A stretch of DNA of 58,224 nt, filler included, from Platydemus manokwari (Eukaryota), in the NCBI GenBank assembly GCA_037951405.1. It is 5 parts of 5 records of this genome, joined end to end, with 100 filler letters (N's around TTAATTAATTAA, not from the genome) between each part and the next. Parts side by side here need not be neighbours in the genome. Positions count along the whole stretch, not along the records: positions 35,805 to 46,034 come from JBBMOY011156105.1; positions 46,135 to 58,224 come from JBBMOY010306669.1; 3 more parts are not named here. One strand, written 5' to 3'. Positions 38,711 through 51,324 of the stretch are shown in pieces. A program made the translations under genes and the position numbers. The stretch's first letter is position 1; each line of letters starts with the position of its first letter. Below the pieces are notes generated by a model. It searched no databases, was not told where the DNA came from, and saw only the letters and a list, made by a program, of their open reading frames with translations.

Positions 38711-40708
38711 ATTTATTTGAGTGATATAGTTATTTAAAATAAATAACGAAAACAAACTGCTCATCAATTAAAAAGTAAAAAATAAAACTTATCTATCTCG
38801 AATATAATGTTTCAATAATCACTATGTGGAATCCCTTATATATACAATATCTTGGACATCATAAAAAACCATGTAATAGGTTTTGATAAAAATATTGAAG
38901 ATTGTTTTGAAATAATCGATGATGGGAATTATTAAAATCATCTAACTTTATAATTCTTCAATGGCGGTATTTAAATAATTTTAGTAATATATGTGATCTG
39001 GACAAAAAATCGTAATAGGTATTCGTTGCTGCAAGCCACACCGATTTCCAAGTGATATCAGGTATTGAAGAATGCACATAATCTGATATTATATTTATGA
39101 GATCAATTACATATCTCATTGATAAACACAGTCTGGATTTTTACTGTGGTAAAATGAATTGGCTCATGCTTTTAGTAATCGGGAGGTTTTAAGAAATAAT
39201 TTTAAAATTTGAACTTGCTTTTATAATAACTATATTTTATGTAATATTTTTAAGTTATTAAAAATTGTAAATAATTTCGACCACGAATGAGGCATCTGGA
39301 TTTATTTTAGATTTTGTGATTTTTTCCCCCAATATTCAATTTAAAGAAATTATCTTATAATTATATTAATATTTCAGACAAGTTCAGAGTCGGGGCCAGA
39401 AGTATTTTGATCCCGCTCCCTGCGATTTTCAAGATGTACTACAAAATTAATATTATTCCATTAAAGTTTTCCGATAAACATTAGGAATTTATTGATCTTT
39501 GGAGATAAATAATAAAATATTTTGTATTGCAATTAGAAACTCATCCTTGATGAGCTTTAAGACTAAAAAAATAAGATAACGATGACTGTTAAAGCTGAAC
39601 ATATAAAGATGAAAATCAAACTTTGAACTTTTAAATTAAAATAAATCCGATTAACACAGTTGTCTTTGTTCCATATATCTTGTTCATTGTTGATTTAAAT
39701 TTGTTTTATTTTATATTATGATAATCTACAGTCATAGCAAAATATAAATGCATAAATTCTATTTCTTTTAAAAAAAAATCCAAAACATTAATAAATTTAT
39801 AATATTCTTTTTTAAATCTGAAGTGTATGCAAGAAAATGTAACCATTAACAACATTTATTATTATTATTATCGGTCACATTTTAATGATTTCACTTGTGG
39901 TCATACTCTCAAACATGTAACAAGGCACCTATAAAATAAACCAACAATATTTTGACTCACTCAATTTGAACAAATCGCAAAGCCAAAACTTGTTATTTTT
40001 TAAGCACCTATTGCCTCTTATTTGGTATTGTAAATTTACAACTAATACCAGAAATTTCAGCCAATAAAAAAATTCTTGAGAATTTATAATATTTATCAAA
40101 GATAAATCCGTCATACACAAATGACGTGACTTGGATTGGTCCATAGAAAGAGAAATCAAGTTCATTTATTTTGCAAAAATTTTCTCTTATCGCCTATTTA
40201 CAAGTCAATGATTCATTTTCAGGCTTATATCAATATATGACTAAATCGGTTTTGATTCATCAATAGACGACTACGACTTCTGTCTATTTTTTATTACATC
40301 AAATTAAATTTTTCTCTGTAGTAAAATCATAACAACATTAATCAGTGCATAAAACCACTACATCAATATTGTCCTTCTCTAACAGCACATAACGACATAC
40401 ACAAATATACTGACTTTTTACACATTTAATAAGCCCATTTAGTACGAATAAATCCAATTTAAAATATGACATGACTAAACCTAACATAGTAAAATATTGA
40501 TTTTTCTGAAAAATAAATTGTCCAGTGAAATTTACATAAAATAGAACGATAAAAGATATTGATATTTATTTTAATACAAAAGAAAAATCACAAAGTAAAT
40601 GATTAAAAAATCGTCGAATTTCCAATTATATTTTTTCAATAAATAAAATAATTCCAAATTTGAGTTGACTTAATTATTTGGCAGATTAATGGAGAATGTG
40701 AAATGCAA

Positions 40709-43700
40709 TCAATTCACCAATCGAGAGTCTTCCTGCTGATATGGATTATCTAAAACGATGATATTATCAATTGACGAATTAGTCACTGCGAAATGATAAA
40801 TAAGCCATCAAAAAGGGTGACCGCTTATTGTTTATCGTTGAAATAATAAGAAATGCGGAATAGAATATTCGATAAGCATGTAGAATAAGCGGATATTGAA
40901 ATATTAATACAGATCATAATCATTCATTCCACACGATCTGATTACATCTAGGCTGGCAACACCAGACCAATAACATTTATAATATTGAATATAGATAAAA
41001 TACTCAAAAAAATATTAATATGGAATTCAAAATCGATACCGCTTAAACATTTATTGTCTAATTTGAAAATACACTCTTTACATTCACTTGCGCCAGACAG
41101 TACAATATTTTAAAAGCGATCTTTCTGTTCCCATAAAATAAGAAATAATTCATATTATCAAAGATTAAAAGTCAAAATCAAGACACGATTAATTATTAAA
41201 TAATATTGTGGGAAGCATTGAGTGACAGATGATTGCAATCACCGGATGTCAAGTCAAGCTGGTGCTAAGGTTTATCAATATATCTTTATTTAGTAAATAG
41301 TTTCCGGTAACCCTATTTACACACCAAGAATTTTTTTGTAAATATAATAAAATGAAGCTATTAAAATAAATAAAATAAAGCATCATCGAAACACGGTTAG
41401 ATGATTCTCATATTAAAATGGACGAATTGAAATAATGGATTTCAAAAATAGATCAGATTTAATTTCGAGTATCAAAATTTCAGATCGAAATATTTTCAAA
41501 GCTTAATTTTTAGATTAAAATATAGCTCGAATTTGATGAAAGAGGTCGATTCGCTGACAATTTGACTTCAGAAATCAGGTGTGAATTTTCAAATGTTACG
41601 CGAAGATATTGATGAGATACTTTTGATTTATATTTCATCATGTTCTCAGAAGTGTATATAGTAAAAAGTATATAGAAGTGTATATCGTAAAAAGATGTAC
41701 CTACAATACTGTAAACATTCTTGATATATTAATGTATAAATGCGGTGGATAATATTTTAGTTTTTTCGGTATCCAACACCCTTATAATGGTGAGTAGAAT
41801 ACAAGACAGTCTCAGTGCATTACCTGTTAAGAGTATGCCAATGTTCAATTCATAAACTCCCATCACCTTGTCTAGTTGTTATAACTCATAAATTTGAAAC
41901 ATAAACAGCAATACAATTTATTATCTATTTATGAATATTAATAATTTATTTCTAAAATTAATAATTTCTGACTAATCCCTTTGAAATTTATATAAATGTT
42001 TCACAATGCGATAATAATCATCGAAATTAAATGCTTGTTGAAGTTATAAATATTCGAATATCTAAGATGCTATGCAACACTAAATACATATCTTCAATTA
42101 ATATTATCGATCATTACAAACATCCTTGAATTAGCGAACAATGAAAGCATGGATATTTATTCTAGTAAATTCGTAAGAGATAAATTTTGACGAAAATTTA
42201 TTTATAATACGAATCAATATTTTATCTGCTTGAAAAATGACGAATAAAATTAATCAATCAATAAATAATATTATAGCTACTGAAACTCGGATTTATCATA
42301 TCATCGAAATATAAATAAATCAAAATAAACATTTTCGTGAATATCGATGCTAGCAAGTATGGAGGATATTGATTTTACATTCAATCGATAAATATTAATG
42401 ATTGATTAAAGTACAAGCGCAACTCATATCAAGAAATGAGACATTCTTATATACTTCATATGAACTATATATTTATAACCATTATTGATTTATCAATATT
42501 GTAATCATTTTTAAAAATCAATACATGAAATTTTCAAAAATAAAAGCTATTAATTACCTATATTTTCAGATTCATTGGAAATCTTTTCCAAATGATCACC
42601 ACTGAAAACAATAAATCAATATTTTTTCCAATCAATGACTTCTACACTTACTCGTTTTGATACGGTTGGAATTTTTCTTCTTCTACCTCCTTGTCTCGAT
42701 TGATGCCATGTTTTACTTCGAGTTTTTCCACTGAAAAAATTAAATATTGAAAAATCCATTTAATTCAATCGATAATTGTACATTGATAAGTTTCACCCGA
42801 CGAGCGCATCCGTTGATAAATAATAACAATAATTATAACGATAACCAATAACACCAATAATGCCGCAATGATTCCACAGATTAAGGCAGTATCTGAAAAG
42901 ATAACCATTTGGAAATATTCGACTCACAATCAATAATCACTTGTTGAATTAGGATCAAGCATTATTTGTGATTTTAATCGATAATTGATCAATGAATCAC
43001 TGATAGATTGATAGCCGAAACCAGTACGGGTTTCTGTTGTGGGAAATAAATCGATATTGCATATGATGTAATTGGATTTCAAGCTTTTCCTTACAAAATC
43101 ATTTTTAGTTGATTTATTATTGTTCATTGGTAAGAGCACTAAATCTTTCTAATAAAAACCAAAATATATTTTATTGATTGATGATATATATAGATAGATA
43201 TTATTAACCGTTTGATGATCCACCCTAAAGTATGGCGCAAACCAATTATCAGATTTATTTATTTGTTCCAATCGATGAGAATTAATCGTCCAATAATGAT
43301 CGACTTTCAATTCCTTATTTTTGTACTCATCTCGATTGAAACGGCATTGAAAATCGTGTTTCTCAATGCTCAGACAATTTGTTATGCAATTGTATGAATC
43401 GGGAAAACTGGTGATTTTTTCTTTCACTCGGGGAACTGTATAAATCGAGGTGCTTCTCACACTCAAACCGTAACTGTTTTTCACGAAAAACGTTATCGAA
43501 TGATCCTGATATTTGATTTGGCCTTGTGATTTTTGTAAATTATAAACGGTGTATGTCATCGTTACATTATTGGAGGGAAGATAATTGGTAGGTGTTATAG
43601 TGGCATTCAGATCGCTTAAATGTTTATAAGTATGTCGTAAATCCGTATTGAGTGAATTGTATGATCTATCAAGTTTGAATTCTTGATTATTGATTTGGAG

Positions 43701-45715
43701 TTTCTAAAAATATCAATGACTAATTGAATGAATATTAACAATCAATAATATATTAGTCATTCAATTAATATTTTCATTATTGATTTTGAATAATTGTTAT
43801 AAAAATCGATATATTGAGTATTTTAATGATAATCAATAATAGAAAAACCAATATATTATATTTTCAATGACCTTATCGATTAGATTCTCGATCAAAATCA
43901 AAGATAATTGAGTTATGACATCATAATGATAGAACCAATAATCAATATATTCAACTAACCAATTCTTCAGGTTGATTCGTATAATGGCATTGAAATGATA
44001 CAGAATCATTCTCCCAGACATATTTCACAATCGGTAGACAATTTTTATTAATCAATACCGGTGGACCCTTGACAGTAACCATGATTGTCATGGTCAATTT
44101 TTCACTTTTATCCGTAACCACCACTGTATAATTTCCACCCATTTCCGATTTGATATCCCTTTGAAATAAAACCTGAAATTTATCTGATATCTGATTGTCT
44201 CCATCACTCAACAGATTGCCATTGTGATACCAGGTACCTTTTGATTCCATTGAGCTTTGATATTCGACATAAATTCCCACATTTTTGAGCTTTATTGATT
44301 TTGGCACCTAAATGGAACACAAATACAGATTGTCATTCGATTCCAATAACAGAGCTCTTATAATAATAGCTAGCGAGCGGGAGGGGTAGGGGAGGCGGAA
44401 CAATTATCAGATTCAATGAAAATCGATCCCTCTCATTGGGAAATATCAATCAATACAACAATTACCGTTCTCGAATAAATATCGACTTGTTGCAATATTG
44501 GCGATATCGGTTTCAAAGGGCTGGATTGGGTGGGGAATGAAACATCGAATACCACTCCACTAACGATGTCATGTCCGTTTGATTCTTTGAAAATTGTATT
44601 GATTGGATTCACGGAATCCTTCTTCATCGTGTAACACATGAGAGCGTATGAAAGTTCCGAAGGTTTGAAATCTTTTTTGAAGTCGAATATTATCAGTTCT
44701 CCTTTGTTGTTCACATAAGATTTCGTAAACACCGATATATCGATCGGTTTTATGCTCTCATCTCTTCCTTCGGGCCATTTGGATAACGTATATTTAATAC
44801 AATTATCGAAGGTCACTTTTTGATTAGCTTGTAAATTCTTGTAATTGTTCATCACCGGACACACCACCCACAACACCGGACTGGAGAATTCCTGATAGAA
44901 CCATTCCGGTAAATTTTGATCCATTTTCAAACCCGATTTGATACACGGGAAAGTTATCGGAAGATTTTGTCGTCCGACTACTGACTGGTGAATGGTTTTG
45001 AGATTGTCTCTGTTCAATACGGAATCTGTTTCGACGAATTAGATCGATAATTCAAGTTATAATCTTTACATTGTTCCCAAAAAATTCGATCACGAATCTG
45101 AATATAGTTGGATTGAATCGTAAAATGTCCTTCGTCATCTTTGGCTTTACAGAAAAAATTTCCCGAGGCATCTTTCTGATCGGGTGGCAGAGTGATCTCT
45201 ATTCTTAATCCTGAAATCGTTATAATATTGATTTTTTATCAAATAAGAGTTTGCCTTTCTGATTTGGAAAATTGGTTTTAATGGACATTTTCATTCCGTG
45301 GAAATATACATCTTTTTCTTCACCGTCTTCGAATGGTGATGAGCAATCTCGGTCGTGTTGCTAAGTCGAACTGATAAATTAATTGTTTTAAAGCAAGATC
45401 TTTACTTTACAGAAGTTATATGATATCCTACTATTATCATGGTAGCCCGCAATGAAGCAGAAAATTGTTATTTTTTTATCGTAATTCGAAAGATCCTTTA
45501 CAATGATAACTTGATCGTTACTTGATACATCAATTTTCGGACCTTCGTTTGATGTATATTGGAGCAATATCAAGTTATCCGAATCGCTCTTATATCTCGA
45601 AGTGCTCCAGTGAAGAGTATTGATAATATCTTATAAACGGAACTAAAATAAAATCAAAGAAAATCACCAATAACTAACCGAATAAAAGTAAACCGACTGC
45701 CAAATAGCTGATCAT
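40709..45715 (-). CDS. Ig-superfamily type I membrane protein with L1/neuroglian-like cytoplasmic tail, about 809 aa; exons 45715-45679, 45629-45406, 45360-45255, 45210-45070, 45025-44466, 44307-43960, 43703-43209, 43148-42941, 42892-42782, 42730-42652, 42601-42558, 40785-40709
   Basis: Signal peptide MISYLAVGLLLF. Ig-like motifs DASGNFFCKA, ITFPC...PEWF, WYHNG...MGGNYTV, VSFQC and FQC...WTIN. TM segment LICGIIAALLVLLVIVIIIVIIY. Tail RSSGETYQLEKLEVKHG...FQPY. Splice phases are consistent. The last exon and the third donor are less certain. Confidence 0.8.
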
Positions 45716-46034
45716 TGTAATAAAAATAATTTGTTATTTTGAAAATTAGTAATAATTATAACTACTAATACTAATATTTAACAAAAGCCTTTGTTTAATT
45801 TGTTATATATGATCTATTAAAACACATGATTCAATTAACTAACAAAGACTTCAATTAAGTTTTACGATATTACAAGTAATATTTTTTAATAAATTTAAAT
45901 CTGAACATTAACATTATTTTTTGTGAATGTATAAATTTTTTTAATTTATTGAAACTATTTCTGAATAGATAATCAAAAAAAATTGTAAAATTAAAATTTT
46001 TTTCCATGACGACTATCTTGCTACAATAATAATT

Positions 46035-46134
46035 NNNNNNNNNNNNNNNNNNNNNNNNNNNNNNNNNNNNNNNNNNNNTTAATTAATTAANNNNNNNNNN
46101 NNNNNNNNNNNNNNNNNNNNNNNNNNNNNNNNNN
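46035..46134. other. Artificial contig-joining spacer N44-TTAATTAATTAA-N44
   Basis: Identical to the other spacers. Confidence 0.95.
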
Positions 46135-46550
46135 TATAATTATAATCCTAATCATTGGTATTTATTATTTTATTCTTCTTATTCTATTATAATATTGATT
46201 ATTTTTCTTATCATTTTATTTTATGTTTATTGCCGTTATTCTCACCTTACCCACATTTTCCCCGCTTTACTACATTAACCACATTAATAAATAACACATC
46301 ATAATAATATAATAAACCAACAGAATAAATAATAATAAAACAACACAATTCATAAGTCAAGTAATTAAAAAAATTGATCAGTTTTATGTTTTTTTATTTT
46401 AGATTCGATTGGATTGAAGAATCAGAACTGCATTTGAATTTGAATTTTTGAATTTGATTTGGGATCTCGACTTCCATAGTTAAAGGCTTGTTTGTTCTGC
46501 ATGCTGCATGTTATTTTATTGGGTGTATTTTGTTGGGTATTATGTACATG

Positions 46551-46662
46551 GATTGTGAGGAGTGGGGATGATTGTGAGGAGTGGGAGAATGATTGTGAGG
46601 AGTGGGGATGATTGTGAGGAGTGGGGATGATTGTGAGGAGTGGGGATGATTGTGAGGAGTGG
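46551..46662 (+). repeat. G-rich minisatellite, 19-bp unit GATTGTGAGGAGTGGGGAT, about 5.8 copies
   Basis: Four perfect units, one 21-bp variant and one partial unit. Confidence 0.95.
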
Positions 46663-47219
46663 TGGTCCCAACATTGGTTTCATTAAATATGGGAATTTGA
46701 TGTACATTTAACATACCAATCAGAATTTCTGGTTGACATATTGCTCTCCATATTTAAAATCGTTCTTCAGATCCTTCAGTGCCAGTACTTTTTCCTCTAC
46801 GAAAATTCTACGTTCTTTTCTATTTCTGCTCATCATCTTAGAAGAAGAAAACCGAGTTACAGAAGAGTTTATTAAAATCTAAAATGATATTCCTATTTTT
46901 ATCGAGCCGTGTCTCAATGTTTAAACGATTTCACCCCATTATTACGAAGAAGTCCTATAAACGATAATCTTCTCTAGAATTGATAAGGTCAAAATCAATC
47001 GTAACCCCGAATTGTAAAATTGAATGAAATGTTGTATTGTGGTGTAATTGAATAATTTTATAATTTGTTGTTTGATAATATGTTTTAGGTGTTTAAATTC
47101 GAGTTTTGATTTTGATCTGATTCGTACAGTAGTTATAACAGTTAATTTCAATAATAATAATTTAATTCCTAATTATTACTAATAATAATTTGTGGTTAAT
47201 AATTTTTAAGCTTCAAAAT

Positions 47220-48900
47220 CCACATACAAGCGAGTGAGGCCAATCACTTCTCGAACAAATTTTAGTTGAACGAAACTGTAGAGAAAAATTCCATTACAAA
47301 TTTTAATCGAAATTCAAGAAGATTATTCGAAGAATCTTTATTATTATTCTTCCTGGTGATCATTTCTATTCCGATATTTATTATCGATCTGAAGATATTT
47401 TGCAAAGCCATTATTTAATCTCTCAAGATCAAAAAGCACTGAGCACAATGTATGCTTTCAATTCATTTACGAATCCTGTAAAATGTCAAGGGCAAATTGC
47501 CATTTCGTTTGGTTAGATCTTAAGGAAGCTTCTCCTGATTTGCCTCATGAGTTAATTTGGTTGAATCTAAAAAGGATGGGTTGTGCATCTAGCGCAAACA
47601 ATCTTCTGAAGAATTTATATATCGGCATGAGTACTACATATCACTGTGAGAATATAATCACTCCTTATATTGATTTAGTTAAAGGTATCAAACAAGGTTG
47701 CCCCTTGTCAATGTCATTTTTCTCTTTATCGATAGACCTATAATTTTCCGAGACCTCTCACATTATTTAATGAAATTTCCATATTGTTCTACGCTGACGA
47801 CTTGATAGTTGTTTCTATTCATGCAGCAGGGATTGCTGATAGGTAAAGTAGAATTGTGTATTTGGCTAATAAGGATTATCATACCTTTAATCCAAGTAAA
47901 TGTGGATATTTCTGTAGTAATCAAGTGAAAAGGACGGCTCTCAGAAAATACGATATTGAAATTCCAGTAGTGGGTGAAAAGTTTGGTTTGGTTTCGCAAA
48001 GAGGAAAAATGTTGATGAAAATTTAAATAATGCCATCTCAGACTTCCAGGTGATTTGTAACACGGACTCACATCCGAGCAAAAAGCTAAATGCATTTAGA
48101 GTGTTTCTACACTCTAGACTGCCGTTTCATCTTTGAAACAAAGAAGTCAGTATTCTTTCTCTTTCCACTTTATGCAAGAAGCAAGTGGGTGCTAAGCCCA
48201 GGGAACTCGAGTTCCATGAAAAGATAAGACAGTTAGTTAAGAAAGTGATAGGAATTAGCTTTATTCCGTTGTCAATAGTGATTTTTTGTATACATGTAAA
48301 GAGTTGAGTGGTCTTGGCCTTGTTCTAGCGGAAATTGACTATTATATTTAGAGTATAGTATAGGGTTTTTGATTGTTGAACAGCTCTGATTCTTTGCTTC
48401 TTTTACACAAAATAGGTTAATCACAGTAGTAAACAAGCGTTTAAATCCTTCTGAAGTTGACGAATTCCATAGGGCTCTTAATTAGCTATACAACACAATT
48501 GATGATGAGCATGCTGGACCTGGCTCTTGGTGGTCGAAGGTTCGGCTGAGGGTCCGTGCTCTGCTGAAGAGAGACATTGATTGTAAGTTCGTTCTGCTTA
48601 AAGGAAATATCTTTGTTAAGGTTATCTGTTGGGATTGACAGTGCATGATAGGCAACAAAGAGAAGAATAAATTGTGTTCTATTCTTCATGATGGGTTTGG
48701 TTTTTTGAGTTTTATCTCTTGGACTGAGAAAAAGTGCCCGGGTTTGTTAGTTAAAACTATTGACTATCTAAGGTTTCAATGGGATTCTTGGACTCAATGT
48801 TGGTGTCACCATAGATTTGACACTTCGTGATCTTGGGTAGAAATAACCTTTTACCACTGAATTACCGGCCTTTCCACAGAATGATGGAGTCTTGAGACGA
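47220..48900 (+). mobile_element. Decayed non-LTR retrotransposon (R2/R4/NeSL-type RT)
   Basis: RT motifs VWLDLKEA..DLPH (from LDLxNAFGSVPH), GIKQGCPLS, LFYADDLI and FNPSKC, with many stops and frameshifts. Boundaries approximate. Confidence 0.85.
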
Positions 48901-50379
48901 ATAGGGTTAGATAGTAAGAGTTCAAATGAGTTGGCTTCACTCTTGTTTCTATTTCTATTATAGAATCATATAGGTTATATAGGTCTAGCATAGCGAAGGA
49001 AGCTAGGCCTCCAATAAACAGCTCCGCAAATAATTTAACACACAGTAAAACAAAAAACGGCGCCTTGTACATACATAAAAAACGACACCAGTATAGGTAT
49101 TTCTATTATTATTATTGTTATCTTCTGTTTTTATAAGGTCTATCTGAGAGACAGTACAATCTTCTCTACCTTTTTATTCATTTTTATGGTGTGGTAGAGC
49201 GAGTGTATCTTGATTGCTAAGATCATCTCGTCATGGAGAAAACCATGTATAAATCGATTATAGGATAAGGAATAAATATTGCCTTACATTCTCATTTTAG
49301 ATCAGAAAAAATTCACGCAGAGGTAAGTTTTATTTTTGTTTTATAATTATATTTTGTTTTTTAGATTTTAGTCTGTTAATTGATGAAGTACCGGGTGATC
49401 GCGGAACGAGAAGATTAGACTAAAGAAAAGCACAGTGAAAATATTCATCTGTCTGTGCAAAATCGACTACGACTTCGAAAATTTGGAGTACAAAAACAAG
49501 AATTTCAGACTTTGAGAATAAACGAAAAATTTTTATATTTTGCAATAAATCTTTGCACGTTCATTTTTTCCAATGTTTTAATTAATCACAGACCCGCGGT
49601 TATCTTTAGTCATGTGATCTTTGAAATCCGATAAAAACTCGCCTTTTGTTCCTCACCTTCACATTTATTCTTGCCCGTGGATCTACTAAACACAAATCTT
49701 TTTATCTTTTAGTTATGATTGGTCTTTTCTGTATATTATACAAAAATAAATATTTGTAGGCAGTGTTCATATCATTGTCTTTTTTGTCTTTCCTTCGTTC
49801 ATCATAACTCTTCTATTATACCTATGTTCTTTCTAGGTTTGTGCTTTATAGCCTCCTGTTGCACTCGACCATCTACTTTTGAATTGGTCGTATCCTCATT
49901 TTTTCACTTATTATCATTTTCCTAACAATTTACTTTATTTGTTTTAATTTTATTTGGCTTTATATGACGTTCTTAAAATGTAAATATTAATTTCACAATT
50001 AATACTTCACCGAAAAAAATATTGATGATTAATTATAATAATTAATAAAAGCAAAATGATTTAGTGTACATCTATAAATGGCTAATTAAAATACAATTAA
50101 TAACTATAAGAAGGAATTTAAAAATAAAAGAAATTATAAAATCATCCGAAAAATCTTAATATAATCTTAATTTGATTATTCAAGGACGTGCCCCACTCGT
50201 TAACTCGACCTATTTCATTGCGAACTTTACTTTAATAGCTTGATCTTTAGATTCATTATGTTCAAAATAATAGTACCATTATAAGCAATATAACAATAAC
50301 CGTAGGCACTTCAAATACAAAAACAGTCTCCACTATGGAAAAATACTCAGAAGCTAATTTGATAGTTTTAATAGACGGG

Positions 50380-50590
50380 CAAGGCAACGCATTCACAACA
50401 ATAACTTTAAAATGATCGATTATGTTAGAGATCAAGTAAATATCAAATTACTCATTCAGCACAATTACTGTCATCAGCACATTCAACATCAAGAAAAATA
50501 AACAATCCTCAATACGAGTGCCATAATTGCCATACACACAGGAGCCCATAATTTTGTCAGGAATTAAGAAACGACCAAACCAATTTAACT
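50380..50590 (-). mobile_element. Possible non-LTR (RTE-like) RT fragment
   Basis: The minus strand gives SFLIPDKIMG...GTRIEDC and, after a frameshift, LDVECADD. This resembles LFLLxIDWIM...DLDYADD. Confidence 0.3.
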
Positions 50591-51134
50591 ATTCATTTAT
50601 TGAGTCATATGTGTTAGCATATGCATAGTGTATGAAAAGTATAACGATAAACTAAATAATTAAAGCAATTCGTTAATCATATAAAACAAAGATTGCTGCA
50701 ACTTGCCTGTAAATAATTCACAAATTTCTTTATATGATGAGATGATATAACAATGGATAATAAGACACACTACTCTATTGAAAAGGGCATTATAAGCGAA
50801 CATATGAATAATCTATGATTCCTAAAATACTGTTTGCAATTGGGCCAAGGTAAACGCAAAGTGAATCAGTTACTGTATACAATATATCAGTGAAAACGGG
50901 ATATGAACTTGGTATCTATCTCATTCCACTCAAAGTTAATTAACTATTAAATCGGAAACCGTTTTATGCCTATATATAAAAGTCAATGTATACCAATTTC
51001 GATATTGATTTTTTTACACTTGTATGATTAGTAGAGAATATGTTCAATTTATTGATTGATAAAAAATAATTTAGATATTTTTATTACTGGATTAAAGATG
51101 AATTCAATTATATTACGGTGATTATAACCATTGT

Positions 51135-51210
51135 AAGCCACTACTATTTTATAAAAAATGCATCGAAAACGAACTGAAAAGACATTATCTCAAATTATAT
51201 TCAAATACAA
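51135..51210 (+). repeat. Second copy of the 35627-35704 repeat
   Basis: Near-identical sequence, see 35627. Confidence 0.75.
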
Positions 51211-51241
51211 TTATTTAAACAAATAAATATAATTTTATACC

Positions 51242-51324
51242 AAATTAAATTCACTATAAAATTAAATTCAATATGAAATTAAATTCGATATAAAATTAAA
51301 TTCAATATGAAATTAAATTCAATA
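51242..51324 (+). repeat. 17-bp AT-rich tandem repeat (AAATTAAATTCAATAT[A/G]), about 5 copies
   Basis: Units alternate ...tata and ...tatg endings. Confidence 0.85.

Noticed and set aside
17453-45715. GPCR + RREB1-like + TSNAXIP1 + ASPG + Ig-CAM as a functional cluster
   Set aside because: The genes are functionally unrelated and lie on three contigs joined by artificial spacers.
46551-46662. CRISPR-like repeat array, and His/Pro-rich ORF 46511-46714
   Set aside because: Units are directly adjacent with no unique spacers, and the context is eukaryotic. The ORF is just the translated minisatellite.
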